Assembly (NCBI RefSeq): GCF_041956535.1
Contig: NW_027192221.1
Coordinates: forward strand, 150,397-201,413
From: Calcarisporiella thermophila CBS 279.70
Taxonomy: Eukaryota; Fungi; Calcarisporiellomycota
DNA length: 51,017 nucleotides
Direction: 5' to 3'
The notes below the pieces were generated by a model, which saw nothing but the letters and a program-made list of their open reading frames with translations, was not told the DNA's origin and did no database searches. Shown piece by piece: positions 48,714 through 51,017 of this stretch (positions are counted from its first letter, which is position 1; every line of letters begins with the position of its first letter). The position numbers and the translations under genes are program-made.

Positions 48714-49041
48714 ATGCCACTTTTTAGTAATTGGTTCTCTTCCGAAAAGCAGCAATTCACCACTGAGCCTATGCAAATGCCAGATTCCGCTCAAGCGGCG
48801 GCCCCTCAGTCTATAAGGCGTCGAAGCACAGACCCATTCCATCCCAGAGGAACAAGAGGTAAAATTGGACGGGGATCGTCGACCCTTGAGAGCATAGCCC
48901 ACTGATTCATTATGGCTACTCTTAATTCTACGTATAGATTACCAATGGCGTCGCTACATGGGTGCCAGCTTCTCGCAAAACCGGGCAACAGAGGGGGGCG
49001 CTAATCCAGTTAATAGACGTCCTTCTGGCCAAACATCTTAA
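48714..49041 (+). CDS. Candidate 82-aa spliced microprotein
   Basis: Exon 48714-48858, intron GTAAAA..CTTAAT..TAG (48859-48937) and exon 48938-49041 give 83 codons including the stop. An AT-rich 3' region follows. Confidence 0.5.
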
Positions 49042-49235
49042 AACCTCCAAAACAGCAGATAGTAATTTTTTTTGTTCATTTTTTTTGTAGTTATGTAAGG
49101 TATTTATGACATGCTCTCCCCACTTTTCTTTTTGTTGTTTCTTTGTAATTATATATATATATATACTTTTTATTATTAAAGTAGTATTCAGATATGCAGA
49201 TATATATTTAGGAAATAAAGAAAAATGCGCTTTGA

Positions 49236-50181
49236 CTATGAGTTTGTCAAAGCCATCACAAGCTCTCCTAGCGGTGCAAGCTCCTTTCTATCTATCAATC
49301 GATGTGTCTGCACAAATAATGCAAAATGTTTAAAGCTAGTATTCAGGTGGGCCTCCTCCCCTAGCGCTAGTACAGCATCAAAGTGGTGGTAATATAGGTG
49401 GGCATATACACGAAAGAGTCGCTTGAAGATGGTCTTAACTTGGGTGGTAAAATGACGAGGAAAAGGTTGTCCAACGCGGTGTGGAAAAAGAGAGTCATCG
49501 TCGAGCTGGGATTGCACCCAAGTCATCAGATAATCGACGTATTCGGGAGCAGATACACGCACGGGTTTTTTGAATTCGATGCCGTCACACCAATGGTATT
49601 CATACCTAGTATAAGAGAATATTCAGTAAATGAAGCGGGATGTTTATAAATTTGTCTGCATGAAACAATGTCCACCATCGAGATGCTCGATTTGATATCT
49701 CAGATTATACATGTATAGACAAGTGAGAATGGGCGGGCCATATAATGTTCACTTACTTTGGGCCTGCTGACATGACGGGGCATGCTTTTGGTGTACAAAA
49801 CTCTGTGATGGTCCCATATAACATATTGATCTGATGATAAAAATCCACAGCTAATAAATTGAGGTTCAGCATCCGGATCCCATAGTCGATACCCAAATGA
49901 GAAATCCTTAACTTACCATGGACTGCTAACCACTCGTTAAGATCTTCTCCCTCCGGCAGTTGTACAGCTAACTGAAGATTACCTGCACCAAGGGTCACGT
50001 CAGCATAACGCTGTAATGGGGCGGGACCTAGGCCTGCCCCTAAAGCTGAGCGTCCATAGTCAGATGTGCGCTTCGGTTTGAAAGTACGAGGTTTTGAACT
50101 AAGTAGAAAATAGATTTAATGATTGGGGTACTAAAAAATAAACGCGAGCGAATGGACTAGTTACAAGTTAAAGAAGCTCAT
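49236..50181 (-). CDS. MOB1: MOB kinase activator Mob1, 4 exons
   Basis: MSFFN...RTFKPK, TLGAGNLQLAVQLPEGEDLNEWLAVH, INMLYGTITEFC, CPVMSAGPKYEYHW and IFKRLFRVYAHLY...EEAHLNTSFKHF. Confidence 0.95.
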
Positions 50182-51017
50182 AGTATACTTGGTATGAAAT
50201 GAAGTGCGTCGCGACGGGAACGGTAAAAAATGATTTGAAGTTAATGGGGACCTTTGGTATCAATCAATTAGTTTTGAATATAAGCTCGTTAATCGAAAAT
50301 TACTACAATAATACGGTTAGATTGGATTGGGAATGCAAAATTCAACCAGAATCGCGCTCTGCTCTGGCTAAAAAATCAGTCCCGTGATATGAAGATTTTA
50401 AACCTATAAAGATAAGGATATGACCGTTAATTAGGAACGAAAAAATAAAAAAAAAATCAGCTATTATACACAGAATTGTCAAACAAAATTAGTAAGAAAG
50501 GTTTGAATGGATCTATTAAGGCTTACAGACGAGAACCCTAAAGTTCTGGGTAATATATAGTAGGAATGATGTTTCAGAAAGGCCAGCCAGAACAGCGACT
50601 TCAAGCTCCCATTCTTTGACGAGCCATTTGGCAACCCTATCTAGAAGACATTTATATCATATAAGGACCAAAATTACCCCCCAATCCCTGAATGAAATGC
50701 TGGTTTATATCTTGATTTTTTATTTTTACGAGTGAGATTGACGCATATGGTGTGAATATACCCTGGGATATATATATTTTATTATTAGGGTACTAGTAAA
50801 AATTTTCTAAACGAATGCGGCTGACTGTCATTGTATTGCACTGCTGGTATCAACTTTCGAATCCTTTTTACTCGAGTATTCATGTTTTAATCACTTTGTT
50901 CTGGCTCAACGAGTAATAGATACCATTCCAAGTATTTTGCCTTTTAGAGACTACTCGAATTTATCAGAGTTCGATCCAGAGAAAATTTAGAACATGGATT
51001 CCAACTTTTTCGCATAT

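Overview
Eukaryotic, fungal genomic DNA with short GT-AG introns and about 19 protein-coding genes. I saw no rRNA, tRNA or CRISPR array. EFL together with fungal-type genes (Crz1, Met5, Abp2, Nam8) points to a non-Dikarya, early-diverging fungus (inference). Gene order: EFL (5' truncated), Crz1-like C2H2 TF, Cys-rich CaaX protein, small KEN/D-box/MR-tail protein, sulfite reductase beta subunit, PPR protein, a MITE-like inverted-repeat element, NmrA-like, FPGS/Met7, coatomer epsilon, PNGase with a C-terminal L-type lectin, an orphan ORF, M1 aminopeptidase, 4-finger C2H2, PQ-rich membrane protein, Nam8-like RRM protein, Rad1/XPF, a hypothetical, UreD, Abp2-like, a spliced microprotein and Mob1. 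The strongest leads are: (1) a 142-aa protein with the motif order of the APC/C inhibitors Mes1 (fission yeast) and OSD1/UVI4 (plants); (2) a peptide:N-glycanase spliced in frame to a legume-type lectin domain; (3) a highly codon-biased EFL; (4) an ~830 bp TIR element. All gene models and family calls were made by eye from splice signals and remembered motifs; no searches were run.
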